The position numbers and the translations under genes were made by a program. DNA of 64,000 nt from Craspedostauros australis. Lineage: Eukaryota. The notes below the pieces were generated by a model. The model saw only the letters and a list, made by a program, of their open reading frames with translations. It had not been told where the DNA came from and made no database searches. Shown here piece after piece: positions 47,568 through 59,010 of the stretch; position 1 is the stretch's first letter, and each line of letters begins with the position of its first letter. The stretch is from contig JALAGF010001205.1 of assembly GCA_030167865.1 (NCBI GenBank), positions 1 through 64,000 on the forward strand. The letters run 5' to 3'.

Positions 47568-49254
47568 CTGTGACGTAGAAGACAGATCAGCAAGAGCAAA
47601 CACGAAATAACTTTAAATATTATATCGCCGTTTCTCTCAAAAGCAAGCAAACCAGTGGCAACAAGGGGCCAAAACTCCACAAGTAGTGTTATCGTTGGTG
47701 TATCAACTACGATTTGCACCTCGTACGAGAACGAGCAGCCAGGTGGCGAAGAAAAGAGAGTTTGGAAGTCGCGTGGCATGTTGCATCGGGTCGAAGGACT
47801 GGTTAGGACGGAATGGAATGTACGTACGATACATCTGCGGTGGAGCACGTCATCTGATATTTGTGATGCAGACGTCAAGCATGGAAACAAGGCCATCCAC
47901 GATCCCTGGGAACGACCGTATCCCTCATATCTCATAATCATAGCAATACATCAGCCAAATTGGCACTCGTCTCTTGCTTCTGTCTGTTGTCCCATCTGAA
48001 CCCCGTGAAGGAGACAAGCAGGACGACAGAAGCGAAGATCCATGTGCCCATCCATCCAGCGTCGATGCTGAACCAGTAAGCGTCCCAACCTATAGGGACC
48101 TGATCCAACGGTGGCGCTGGATCCCATCCGCACAAAAGCAAGAAGCAAGAAACTGACCGTTGCGCAGAAGCACGATCTTTTCCGAAGAAGAGATCGACTT
48201 CTGGCACCGCGTGAGCCTTTCTTCCCACAATTACGCAGACGGAGACCTCTCGAGTGTCAGTTTGAATCATAGGGAACGGCGTTCATTTGATGGTGCATGA
48301 TATGGCGTCTCCATTTTGTATTTCCGCGGCACATGGAATTCAACGCAAGAAATGCGTATTGTCCTTGTCGTCGTTTGATCATCGCGCAAGTACGTACCTT
48401 TACTCGTAGGTGTCTCATTCAGCGTGCCAGTTGCTGTGGAGCTTCTGGGTTGACAAGAGGCGGAGCTTGGGTTGTTCGGTTTCGTCATGGCCATAATGAC
48501 GGTGCGAAGAGAACGGTGTCGTCACAGGCCATCCTCTTCCTCTTCCTGTTGCTGTTGTTGCTCGCGGCTTGACGAAGCGCGCCAGGCGACCTGCTCCATT
48601 CATCCTGCATGAAGCATGTTCGGTGCATTTCAATGTGATACCATCGTCCCTGTTGCGATCAAGGTCATGGTCGAGCTCTTCTTGGTGTGTCCATGATCTG
48701 CGATTGTGATGGACCTCTTCGCGATCCTTCATGATTGTGGGAATTGCGAGTGTCGCGATGGTCGTTGTTTGGGATCTTTCTGTTTTGGATTTTGCTGTTG
48801 CTTTGTGTGGTGTCGTCCGTCCGTCGTCGGTATTTTACAGTTTGACCGAAACGCCAACATGAAACACAACAACAACGACCATCGCTCTCCAACGACCGCC
48901 CTGGTTCGACATCTTCCAAGTGACAATCGAATGACGTGCAGAAGTACATCGAGCATGATACGAGCTCTCCAGAGAAGAAGCATTACTGACAGCAGCAACA
49001 ATAGTCGAGGCACAAACACAGGCATAGATACAGGCATAGTCGTCATCGGAACATACAAAGAGAGCGAAGGCGACAGAAGCGAGCAAGACAAGTAGAGCAA
49101 CACAGAGTGGCAAAGAGTGACAAAGAGCGACAAAGAGCGACCCAACTGAAACCATCAATCAGCTGCTACTCATACGTCCGACCACCAAGGCACATACTCA
49201 TCACCATTCATAGTCACAGCCACATTCACATTCACAACCGCACGAGAATACACT

Positions 49255-49800
49255 ATGTTCTACGTCAACACGCTGGAGCACGAGATCGTGCTGCAGCCCG
49301 TGCACTTCGGTCCGAAGCTCAAGACCACCATCGTGCGATTGCTGAAGGAAGAGGTGGAGGGATTGGCGCTGGCCAATTACGGATACGTCGTCAATGTCAT
49401 TGAGGTTCCCGAAAATCAGATCAAATCCGGCATCATCGAGTACGACTCCGGCGATGTCGTCTTCACCGTCAAGTACACGGCGTTGCTGTTACGGCCGTTC
49501 ATCAACGAGGTGCTGGATGCCACGGTGTCGCAGTGCAACCCGCTGGGCTTCTTCGCCTTCGTGGGTCCGTTGCGCATCTTCGTGTCGAAGCATTCCATGC
49601 CGGAGGATATGTTCAACGGCTTTGATGGCGACAAGGATGCGTGGATCAGCGACGACAAGGAGGTGGTGATAAATTCAGGCTGCGGCGTGCGGTTGAAGAT
49701 CAAGGGACGGACGGTGGAGCAGGGCAATATCACAGCGATCGGGACGATCAAGGACAACTATCTGGGACTGATCGATGATGGGGAGCAGGGAGATCAGTAG
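49255..49800 (+). CDS. RPB7: DNA-directed RNA polymerase II subunit RPB7
   Basis: 181 aa; LEHEIVLQPVHFGPKL, EVEG...YGYVV, RPFINEVLDATV, GFFAFVGPLRIFVSKHSMP, AIGTIKDNYLG. Confidence 0.95.
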   Translation: MFYVNTLEHEIVLQPVHFGPKLKTTIVRLLKEEVEGLALANYGYVVNVIEVPENQIKSGIIEYDSGDVVFTVKYTALLLRPFINEVLDATVSQCNPLGFFAFVGPLRIFVSKHSMPEDMFNGFDGDKDAWISDDKEVVINSGCGVRLKIKGRTVEQGNITAIGTIKDNYLGLIDDGEQGDQ

Positions 49801-50648
49801 CGATTGCATCCTGGTGGCAGAGATTGTGACTGTGGCGAGAAGCCGCATCAGCGCAATGCTATTTTGGAATGCAAGAGCAAGCATGCCGACGAGAATGTGG
49901 TGACGATTGGAGTGCTCAGAGACACGAAGGCATGGCATTGCACAGGAGCGTGCGTCGCGTTGCTTCCACTGTGCCACGTGTACATACCATACAAACCATG
50001 AACTGGCATCCCGATCGCTTGTCAAAATTCCAGGATGGAGAGAGGGTCGCCGCAAGCAAAAGGCAAGGAAGATGATCTCAATTCTGCAACACTCCATGAC
50101 AACACGGTGTAACAGCACCATAGTCGAGCTTGCGCAGCACTCATTCTCGTCATACCATGCGCGACCAATACGCAGAATACAATATTGGTATGGTGTGTTT
50201 GCAACACGCATTGACGACCAAAAGAGGAGGTAGAGGAGCAAGACGCATTCACATGATGCCAACCCAACTCAAACCAACACACGTCACATCGAGGCAAAAG
50301 CAAATCGGACCATCCCGACGGAACTCCATAAACTGCGCAAAGCATGAATCTTTACTCCAACAATCATACCCATCCTCGCGACCACCATCGTACTCGTATG
50401 TACATAATGTTGAGGAGTATGGTACTCGTATGTGATTCTTCCAGTTTCACCGTTCAGTGAAGATAGCGTTATTGTTCTCATTAGTTGTAGGAAGCGTGCT
50501 CGAATGGAGTGCGTGCGTGTGCGAGTGTGTGGAGTTGAACCATTTCTGTTGTGCGTGTGCCTTGAAACTCTCGTTCCGTTGCTGACCGCCAAAAACAAGA
50601 CCACGGACGCTACTCGCACCGAGTGTTCACCATACGTACGTATATGTT

Positions 50649-51419
50649 CTAAGCGCCAACCTTGAAGAGCTCAACCTCGAACTTGAGGGTGGCGCCTGGT
50701 GGGATAGTCTCACCACTTCCAGCTTCGCCGTAGGCCAAGTCGGATGGGATGACGAGGGTCGCCTTGCCGCCCTCCTTCATGAGCTGCAGTCCCTCCTGCC
50801 ATCCCTTGATGACTCCACCGAGCGGGAAGGTGATGGTCTGGCCTCTGTCGACGGAGGAATCGAAGACGGTTCCATCGGTCAAGGTTCCGTGGTAGTGCAC
50901 CTCTACGTTGTCCTGCAGGGTTGGGGACTTGCCCTCACCCTCGGTCATGGAGTAGTACACGATCCCGGAGTCGGTCTTGATGGCATCGTCGTTGCAGTCG
51001 AGGAAGTTCTGGATGAAGTCTTCGCCGTCCTTCTTGACTCGCTCGACGATCTTGCTGGTGCGTTCCTGCAGGATCTTGTTGAGCTCCTGTCCGTACTGCG
51101 TGAGGACGACGCGTGGCTCCTGGATGTTGGTGCCGCGCAGGTTCTCGCAGAAGGCCTCGAGCACGACCTCGAGCTCGTCCTCCTCCAGCAGGGTCTTGAA
51201 GTTTCCCTGTCCGCCGACCTGCATGGCGAGGTTGGTTCCGAGGGCGTAGAACGGCATCTTGTCGTCGCCGTGCGGCATGGGGCCGTCGCCGCTCTCCGAC
51301 ATGAATCGGGCGGTCACGGCGCGTGGCAGGACGCTGCGGGTGGCCATCAGCGAGGTGAAGGCACCGACCTGGCGGGAGGCGGCCATCAGAGTCATCATAG
51401 AGGTCATGGTGAATCGCAT
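50649..51419 (-). CDS. FKBP: FKBP-type peptidyl-prolyl isomerase (FkpA/Mip-like, with N-terminal helical domain), organelle presequence
   Basis: [54 protein letters not shown]; likely start MRFTMTS at 51419. Confidence 0.92.
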   Translation of the reverse strand: MRFTMTSMMTLMAASRQVGAFTSLMATRSVLPRAVTARFMSESGDGPMPHGDDKMPFYALGTNLAMQVGGQGNFKTLLEEDELEVVLEAFCENLRGTNIQEPRVVLTQYGQELNKILQERTSKIVERVKKDGEDFIQNFLDCNDDAIKTDSGIVYYSMTEGEGKSPTLQDNVEVHYHGTLTDGTVFDSSVDRGQTITFPLGGVIKGWQEGLQLMKEGGKATLVIPSDLAYGEAGSGETIPPGATLKFEVELFKVGA

Positions 51420-52599
51420 CCTATTGATATATCGTACTGAAGTGATTGGTTGGTTTGAGGGTGGGCGGGTTGTTCCTATCCGGTGTTGCGGATTGTGATT
51501 GTGGCTGCGAGTTGCCCAAGGAGGAAGAGGAAGGCGACGGTGGGGGATGGCTGGTGTCAATCGGCACCACCTGTCGGAGGTGGAACGAGAACCTCCATCG
51601 TCACACGAGTTTCCACGCACGGGAGTTCTCGTGTTGATGGGTGTCTGTTTGACGACTGGAAATCGAATCTATCGCGTGTCGAAAGATCGATCCGATTCGG
51701 GCGGTTCGTGTGGTCCCAAGAAAAGGATTCGATGACATGGTCCAACTGGTCATGGACTCGGTGGCTGGTCAGACGGCTTCTCCTCGTTTGCGTCAAACAC
51801 GCTTCGTGTTGAGGATGGTTTATGTATGTATACAAGCATTAATATAACTTATGTGACACCAGGACATCGGTTAGCATGGTCCCAATGAGGGCTGTTGCGA
51901 TCACTGTTGGATGTCTCACACACGTATGAAAAGGCGATTGTGTATCGCAGTCGTGTCGCAGCATGTCACACCATCGCTGATCCCATCACTCATTTTTTAC
52001 TTGTGGTGTTGTGTTGGAGGCGATAATACGCACAGCTGCGTGTGAGCGGTTGGTTGGAGCGGAACGAGCGAACGAAGAAACGACCGAACGAACCTGCAAT
52101 ACCATTATACGACTACAATCAGCAGTCTCTTCGACGACAACGACAACGACGGTGTTGGAGGTTGATTGAACACAGAGCGAGAAAAGGAAAAGGAGGAAAG
52201 AACGAAAGGACGTGAGGTGGAACGAGGTTGTTCGTTGCGATCATCCAATAATTTCCAACTCTTGTGTGAGGCAGGTCCAAAAGTTTTGTGATCAACCACA
52301 TCGCACCAATCCCTGTCGTTTCCTCCGTCAAGACGCAGGCTTACAAGATCCAACGAGAAGAAGACGACTGCGACGGCCACCGATCGTCACGTCGCATTGG
52401 TTCCACGAGTTGTAAACAAGGTCTTGCGAGTGGTTGCAACAGAAGAGCAAAATCTTTCCCAATCCGACACAAGAATTCGTCGATCCACAAGTTTGGCGGA
52501 GGGTGTAAATTTGTGAGAAACGCATAAAAAATCTGTTGAGGACTATCTCGTTGGGTCGGCCACCGTGAACGGCACTCTTTGCGACATCCTGCACGAATC

Positions 52600-55500
52600 A
52601 TGGCGTCGGGCCTGAGCACCAGCCTCTCGGTCGACACAGAGCAGGCGGTGAAGCATGCAACGGAAACGAACGCAAACCTCGCCTCCAACATGATGGACCG
52701 GTCAGATGCCGTGAGCGAAGGTGGGTGCAGCGCAGGATCCTCATTTGTTTCCGCAGCCCAATATTCGTCGATCTCCCTACCGAGCGTAACCAACAGCAGA
52801 CGTTCGCGTGTGATGGATGACAGCAAGGTGAGGCTCATGTCGGAGGAGGAGATCAGCTCACTGGTGCACAACGCGCTTCGCAGAGCCCGCCAGGCATCAA
52901 CCACAGGCGTCAGTCCCCGGCTGCATCGTCGCAGAGCGGACGGCCTCAACAACACCGACGGCACCCTCGCATCAAGCCCCCGAACCACGGTGGCAAAGTC
53001 CAAGATCCCTGGACTGTCATCATCAGCGTCATTATTCTCGCCGCTGTCATCGCGTCCACCGCCCTCACCTCACTCCATGGGACAGGGTGCAAGCAGCGTC
53101 GCCAGCACAGCCTCACCAACGGCAATACCAGCGTTCACAACGCCAGGTAAATCAAGTGCAACTCCAGCCATCGCGGCATCAACATCAGCATCAACGTCCG
53201 CATCAACAGCAACGTCAACGTCAACAAACGCGCCAGCAACAGACACAATGGCAGGAAAGGGATTCTTCGCGGGTGGCTCCCTCGTGCGGGCAGGTGTCCG
53301 GCCCAATACGGTCGCAGCCGCTGTGGCAGCCATGGAATCTTCACGCGCACGTGCCGGTGCAGCCAAGGGCCCGGGCGATGTCACCGACGACGCCTCGTCT
53401 CAGGCCGCCTTGGACACCCTGCTGGCCCCCAGCTCCTCCTCTTCGTCCGATGGCAGCGACGCTCCAGACGAGCAGCAGGAGATCGTCACGACCAGCAGCA
53501 CCATGAGGAGCGACCTGGACTTCCAAGTCAGCGTCGACCTCGAGGACGATCCACCCGGCATCTCCAACACGTTCAGCATCGCGAGCGTCAATTCCGGCGA
53601 CGCCGTCGTGCGACGCGTCGAACGCGAGATCGCGGCAGCGCGCGAAGCTGCCGAGAAGGAGCAGAGCACCAAAGATGAAGCGGCGCCGCAAGCATCGTCA
53701 GACGATGGCGCAAACAGTCCTCCGTCTTCCTCCGTCATTGACAAGGACATGCAGCTCATGCTCAGCGTGTCGGCAGCAGACGATGGGACTCCATCCGCAG
53801 TGGACGAACCCGCAGCAACCGAGACCACGCTCGATGCCGCATCGCCGGCTGATGAGCAGGCACAACCCAGCGTCAAAGAAACCGAGGCCTCGGATGATTC
53901 CAACGCAAGCACCAAGGACGGTGCCGACACCGAGGCTGGTCTCAAAACCACACCCACCAGAACGAGCGGCGATGGGGAGGTTGATGACCTGGAAGCAGCC
54001 ATGGGCGAGATCGGTGATGAGTTCGGTGCTGACGATGAAGATGGTCGCACTGGCAAGGTTGGGACCAGTGGTGCGAAGCGAGCTCCGAAAGCGGCAAGTA
54101 AGGGTAAGCGTGCTGATAACGCAAATGCCAATACGGATGTCGATGCTGCAGGCATCACCGAAATATCTGCAGAACAGACCCAAACCTTCGATGAGATCGA
54201 TAACTCGCCGACCGATGAAATGAATGAATCATCACCAGATGAGGAGCCAGCTGCCATGGTCGGTGAAGAACCTGACATCTCCATTTCCAGCAACACTTTG
54301 TCCAGCAGGCTGCCTCCAAGGACACCTAGCGTGGCGGACAGGGCACGTAACCTTGGCCTCGTTGCTGACAGCGCCGGCGTCAGTCCCAGCAGCAGCAACG
54401 ACAAATCCAGCGACGATATCGATGCTGACGACAACGATGACACACGCAGTCAGACCTCGAGCGCATCCAAGAATGTCCTGCGCGGCATCTCCATGTTCGA
54501 AACAAAGTCCAAGCTCACGGCGGCCAGGAAGCCATTCCAAGCCGCAGCACCCTCCCTGGCCACGGAGACGCCTCCCTCCACGAAGAAACCATCGTCCAAG
54601 CGCAGCGTGTCCTCGCTTGCTGCACTATGGAGCACCAAGCTGACGACTCCAAAATCAGGTTCTCCATCGACCAGCTCGCGCAAGCTCAATGCGAGTCGTT
54701 GGAATCCACCCAAGAACAACAGCGTGCCCAGCAAGTACCGTCAGACCGGCATCCCTGTCATGGCAGCGAAGAAGGCAGCGACGCCCGACACAGGGGCCTC
54801 CAGTGAAGAGAAGAAGGATGACAGCGATCCAGTCATTCCTGCGTCCGCTGGGAAGCCACGTCAGGCCTCCACCACAACCACAACCTCCAAGACCAACGAA
54901 GATGCTGATGCTTCTGATGCCACTATCGATACTACTACGACTGCTGCTGATGCTTCCAAAATCATCAACCTCACGGAAGTCGATGCCGCTGCAGCAACAG
55001 GACCTCATGACGAGGTTGACGTGAGTTCAGCAGGTCGTGAAACCCCACCCGTTGGAGGTCCCGATCGTCCGATCCAGCTCGAAGCCAATCCACAGATCAT
55101 TGATGTGGAAGCTATTGCAGCAGCATCCAAGCAACGTGACCAGAAAGAGGAAGACGTGGTTCCGAGCGCTGTCAGCAACAACGACATGGATGGGTCGCAG
55201 CAATTCACCGGCAGCAAAAACACTCAAACGCGCTTCAGCTTCTTCGATGCCACTTCGGTAGGAGACATCACAGGCATCGTAGAACAGACCATGAACGACT
55301 CGTCTCAATCCGAGAAGGAGGAGCCGGAGGAACCCTCCGACACCGAACTCAGCACTGTGTCAGAGGATGTGGACGCAACGCCCGTCCAGAGCGGCCCGAC
55401 TACTTCACAATCCACTGTAGTGGCATCGCTGCGTTCTCGATTCGAGGTCGAAGAGGAGAAGAAGGAGGACGATCACTTTGGACCCTCAAGCAGTGACTCT

Positions 55501-58344
55501 GCTTCATCATGGGCAAAGAAGGAGGACAGCCATTTTGGACCCTCAAGCAGTGACTCCGCTTCGTCATCGGCGAAGGAGGAGGAGGAGGACGAACACTTTG
55601 GAGCCTCAAGTAGCGACTCTGCTTCATCGTTGGCGAATGAGGAGAAAGAGGACGACGACCAGATTGGACCCTCAAGTAGCGACTCCGCTTCATCATTGGC
55701 GAAGGAGGAGAAAGAGGACGACGAGGACAGCCAACTTGGACCCTCACGTCCATCATGGGCGAAGAAGGAGGGTAACCAACTTGGACCCTCACGTCCATCA
55801 TGGGCCAAGAAAGAAGACAACCAACTTGGACCCTCACGCAGCGACTCCACTCCATCATTGGAAAAGAAGGAAGACAACCAACTTGGTCCCTCAAGCAGTA
55901 ACTCCGCTTCATCATTGGCGAAGGACGAGGACGAGGACAACCAAATTGGACCCTCACGTCCATCATGGGCGAAGAAGGAGGGCAGCCAACTCGTGTCCTC
56001 AAAGAGCAACTCCGCTCCATCATGGGCGAAGAAAGAGGGCAGCCAACTTGGACCCTCGCGTCCATCATGGGCGAAGAAAGAGGACGATAACTTTGGACCC
56101 TCACGTACCAAATCCGCTCCGTCATGGGCGAAGAAGGAGGACAACCAAGTTGGACCTTCAAGCCGCGACTCCGCTCCATCATGGGCGAAGAAGCAGTTAC
56201 GAAGTGCAGACACGCCGGCACCAGAACGTGAGATTCCAATGGACGAACGCACCACCGAAGCGGTCGGAGGTGATGATGACATCTTCTCCGGCATCAGCGA
56301 TGACGAAAGTTCCGAAGCCAAGGTGTCGGTTGTTGCAGGAAGCAGCAAATCAAGCGCAGACAGTGAAGAGTCCGCACAGCCACAAGAGCAGGAACAGGCA
56401 AAGGACGATCCTCCTGCAGTTGTAAAGCAAGCATCCGAACAGGAGCAAGCGCCACCACCGCCGCCGCCACCACCACCGCCCCGCACCGAAACAAGCAAGC
56501 CAGAAGAGGTCCTGGATGACATCAAGAGCATCAGGGATGTAGGTACCAAAGTCCAGTCACCTGTTGCCGCTGCTACTGAGACGGAGACGGAAACGCCAAC
56601 TGAGACAGCACCAGAAGCTGCACAGCCAAGCGACCCATCCGGTGCGCAAAACTCTGTTGACCCGCCATCCGAGCCATCGGCAGAGACTTCGACAGAGGCC
56701 AAAGACAACAGCGATAGCATTCCACCAACTTCTGGAGTCACGAAGGAGACGCCGCCTCTGTCCCCATCTCGCAAGATGCGGCCTCATTCGAACAACCGAG
56801 ACAGCGGGCGTGGCAAGTCGAAAGCCTCACCCAGCAAGTCATCGAAATCATCGGGACGCCCAAAGAAGGTGCGCTTCCGGCAACGGTACCCCGTACCGCC
56901 GCTGCTGAAGACGACGCGCCCTTCGCAGGAGATCATCCGAAAGCATGAACTTCCAGACCCTGAGTTCACCCTCCACCTGGCGAAGCCCAAGGCTGACCTA
57001 AAGCACCTCATGGATGCCATCCACGGTGATTCCATCACGCGCCGTTCCAACGCATGCGGTGCATTGATGGTCCTCACCACCAAGGCCAAGAACAAGCTCA
57101 CGTTGGTTCGCACGGCCGGCTTCCTCGATGCCCTCGTCTTCGCCATCAACGCCAACCTCTGCCAGGAGGATTTCGACATCGCGCTGGATGCCAGATCCAG
57201 AGCCGTGCTCAGCGTTCTGAACGTCTCGGAACCAAAAGACAATCGCGGAATCGTTCTCATGCACGAGGGCCTCACCGAGTGTCTCCTGAAGTGCATCATG
57301 GAGGACCGAGGCGAGGCACGCTCAGCCGCGTGCTCCGTCTTCGCCATGATCGCCAAGACGCCAGCATGTCGTGGACCCATGGGTCGCGCCAAGGGCGTCA
57401 TTGATGTCTTGGCCCGCATCCTGAGCGACGAGAACTTCAATTTCCGCCAATACATCGAAGTGAACGGGAACGTCGATGTCGACGTCGAGGCATTCTTCTC
57501 GGACGATGAAGATTCCGAAGACGAAGATGGCAGTCAGTTGTCGAAATCGTACTCATCCAATTCATCATCATCTTCCTCGTCGTCGGAGAACTTCTCAGCA
57601 CGATCCATCGCCGAAGTGAACAGCATGCCGGCCGTGCAGCGGGTGGATTCCATCAGGCAGTCCAAGATGGCGCAAACGGAAGAGATGGCCAAGCGCGGTC
57701 GTCTCAGCGCCTGCGCCGCTATGCTCCACCTCTCCAAGCACTGCAGCGTCTCCACCATCCTGACCCGCAGCGACGTGCTGATCGCAACGCTGGTCCACGT
57801 GTCGAAGGAATACGACAACCCAATGCACACCAAGTGCCTCGAGACCATCTGCAACCTCACGCGCTTCCCCTCCAACAACGGACGTCTCGCACGCTTCCCA
57901 GGCCTCGTCGACGCCCTCGTGAAGGGCGGCAGGGTTAAGATCCAGGCCGACCGTGCATGGTCGTTGCGTTCGTTGCAAAACCTCTCTTCCGATGCAGCAG
58001 GCAAGACCGTGCTTGCCAACGCCACCGTCCTCAACCTCCTTAGCGTCAGCGCGATGCGCAATCAGAGCGTCGAAAAGTTCGCGGCCGTGGCGACCTTGTA
58101 CAACCTCACGACCGAGCCAGGTGCCGTCGTCCCGTTGACCAACACGAAGAACGTCGTCGCCACGCTGGTCCACGTCGCCCACAACCAGGAGACTGAATCT
58201 GACATTCGTCTCATGGCCTGCGACGCGTTGGCCACCTTGGGCCTTTGGCTGCAGACGTTGGCCGGTGCAGGATCTGTCCCAGAAGAAGTTCAGCAGGTCC
58301 CACTGCCATCTTACGTCTCCGCTGGATGGAAGCGATGGGATTAG
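52600..58344 (+). CDS. Large protein (~1914 aa): long disordered N-terminus, internal repeats, polyproline, C-terminal armadillo-like repeats
   Basis: Intronless ORF; the C-terminal ~480 aa has ARM-like helices (NACGALMVLT, AVLSVLNVS, LETICNLT, LRSLQNLS, VATLYNLT). Confidence 0.85.
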   Translation: MASGLSTSLSVDTEQAVKHATETNANLASNMMDRSDAVSEGGCSAGSSFVSAAQYSSISLPSVTNSRRSRVMDDSKVRLMSEEEISSLVHNALRRARQASTTGVSPRLHRRRADGLNNTDGTLASSPRTTVAKSKIPGLSSSASLFSPLSSRPPPSPHSMGQGASSVASTASPTAIPAFTTPGKSSATPAIAASTSASTSASTATSTSTNAPATDTMAGKGFFAGGSLVRAGVRPNTVAAAVAAMESSRARAGAAKGPGDVTDDASSQAALDTLLAPSSSSSSDGSDAPDEQQEIVTTSSTMRSDLDFQVSVDLEDDPPGISNTFSIASVNSGDAVVRRVEREIAAAREAAEKEQSTKDEAAPQASSDDGANSPPSSSVIDKDMQLMLSVSAADDGTPSAVDEPAATETTLDAASPADEQAQPSVKETEASDDSNASTKDGADTEAGLKTTPTRTSGDGEVDDLEAAMGEIGDEFGADDEDGRTGKVGTSGAKRAPKAASKGKRADNANANTDVDAAGITEISAEQTQTFDEIDNSPTDEMNESSPDEEPAAMVGEEPDISISSNTLSSRLPPRTPSVADRARNLGLVADSAGVSPSSSNDKSSDDIDADDNDDTRSQTSSASKNVLRGISMFETKSKLTAARKPFQAAAPSLATETPPSTKKPSSKRSVSSLAALWSTKLTTPKSGSPSTSSRKLNASRWNPPKNNSVPSKYRQTGIPVMAAKKAATPDTGASSEEKKDDSDPVIPASAGKPRQASTTTTTSKTNEDADASDATIDTTTTAADASKIINLTEVDAAAATGPHDEVDVSSAGRETPPVGGPDRPIQLEANPQIIDVEAIAAASKQRDQKEEDVVPSAVSNNDMDGSQQFTGSKNTQTRFSFFDATSVGDITGIVEQTMNDSSQSEKEEPEEPSDTELSTVSEDVDATPVQSGPTTSQSTVVASLRSRFEVEEEKKEDDHFGPSSSDSASSWAKKEDSHFGPSSSDSASSSAKEEEEDEHFGASSSDSASSLANEEKEDDDQIGPSSSDSASSLAKEEKEDDEDSQLGPSRPSWAKKEGNQLGPSRPSWAKKEDNQLGPSRSDSTPSLEKKEDNQLGPSSSNSASSLAKDEDEDNQIGPSRPSWAKKEGSQLVSSKSNSAPSWAKKEGSQLGPSRPSWAKKEDDNFGPSRTKSAPSWAKKEDNQVGPSSRDSAPSWAKKQLRSADTPAPEREIPMDERTTEAVGGDDDIFSGISDDESSEAKVSVVAGSSKSSADSEESAQPQEQEQAKDDPPAVVKQASEQEQAPPPPPPPPPPRTETSKPEEVLDDIKSIRDVGTKVQSPVAAATETETETPTETAPEAAQPSDPSGAQNSVDPPSEPSAETSTEAKDNSDSIPPTSGVTKETPPLSPSRKMRPHSNNRDSGRGKSKASPSKSSKSSGRPKKVRFRQRYPVPPLLKTTRPSQEIIRKHELPDPEFTLHLAKPKADLKHLMDAIHGDSITRRSNACGALMVLTTKAKNKLTLVRTAGFLDALVFAINANLCQEDFDIALDARSRAVLSVLNVSEPKDNRGIVLMHEGLTECLLKCIMEDRGEARSAACSVFAMIAKTPACRGPMGRAKGVIDVLARILSDENFNFRQYIEVNGNVDVDVEAFFSDDEDSEDEDGSQLSKSYSSNSSSSSSSSENFSARSIAEVNSMPAVQRVDSIRQSKMAQTEEMAKRGRLSACAAMLHLSKHCSVSTILTRSDVLIATLVHVSKEYDNPMHTKCLETICNLTRFPSNNGRLARFPGLVDALVKGGRVKIQADRAWSLRSLQNLSSDAAGKTVLANATVLNLLSVSAMRNQSVEKFAAVATLYNLTTEPGAVVPLTNTKNVVATLVHVAHNQETESDIRLMACDALATLGLWLQTLAGAGSVPEEVQQVPLPSYVSAGWKRWD
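55470..56193 (+). repeat. Coding tandem repeat, 13 units of GPS(R/S..)-SWAKKE-xxQL type
   Basis: Units of 45 nt (GPSRPSWAKKExxQL) and 57-72 nt (GPSSSDSASS[W/L]AKxE...), most beginning ggaccctca. Confidence 0.9.
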
Positions 58345-59010
58345 ACAGAAGCCCGGCCCTCCCAAAGGTGCATTGGTGGTACATGGTGCATGATACATGG
58401 TGCATGATACATGGTACATGGTGCACAAGATGGCATGGGATGGCATGAGTTATTCCAGAGCGAAGGACGGAATTGCCTCCAAATCAAAGAGCGGTGCACA
58501 AGTGCAGCACTGAGGTGCTGCCACAAGCACTCAAGTTAGCTCCACCTACAAGGTATATCTGTGTGTAATAAATAATAACCGAAACAAGTAAAATCCAAAT
58601 ACGATACGATCCATAAACATAACACGACATAACATAACATAGCTCTCAAACCTGACAACAACACTGATGACATTTACGTAGTTTCCCGAGATGAAGAATT
58701 CTTCACAAGTCCTCTTCCTCAGCACTACTTGTAGCGCATGTGGATGCACGACACTGTCGATTCATACCAATACGTGTCAGTTAGTTTGCTTCTTGTTCGG
58801 ACGACAATCATCTTCTATCTTCATCCACAGCGCAGCACACAGAAGTCCGCAAGAAAAAAATGCGTTGCACCATCGAAACCTACTCGATGTACATGAAGCT
58901 CTTGCTCATGGTGTCATCAACTTGATCAAATATGAGTTAAGTTAGTTGCTCTACATTTACTACTACTCTCTCTCTCTCTCTCTGGAAGGAGAGTTATGCT
59001 ACTGTTCCGG

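Larger units (their letters stand above)
38868..47723. mobile_element. Large (8856-bp) Tc1/mariner-superfamily transposon with cargo
   Basis: 54-bp TIRs 38868-38921 and 47670-47723 (CGAGGTGCAAATCGTAGTTGAT..., 4 mismatches), flanked by TA at 38866-38867 and 47724-47725; DDD transposase inside. Confidence 0.95.

Noticed and set aside
47726-49250. Small ORFs right of the mariner, and a short ORF recreated across the empty site
   Set aside because: Short, conflicting frames on both strands with no motifs; cannot support a gene.
58378-58426. catggtgcatgata-type tandem repeats and other microsatellites (24376-24420, 24950-24986, 35607-35634, 62390-62411)
   Set aside because: Ordinary slippage repeats in UTRs, introns or polyQ.
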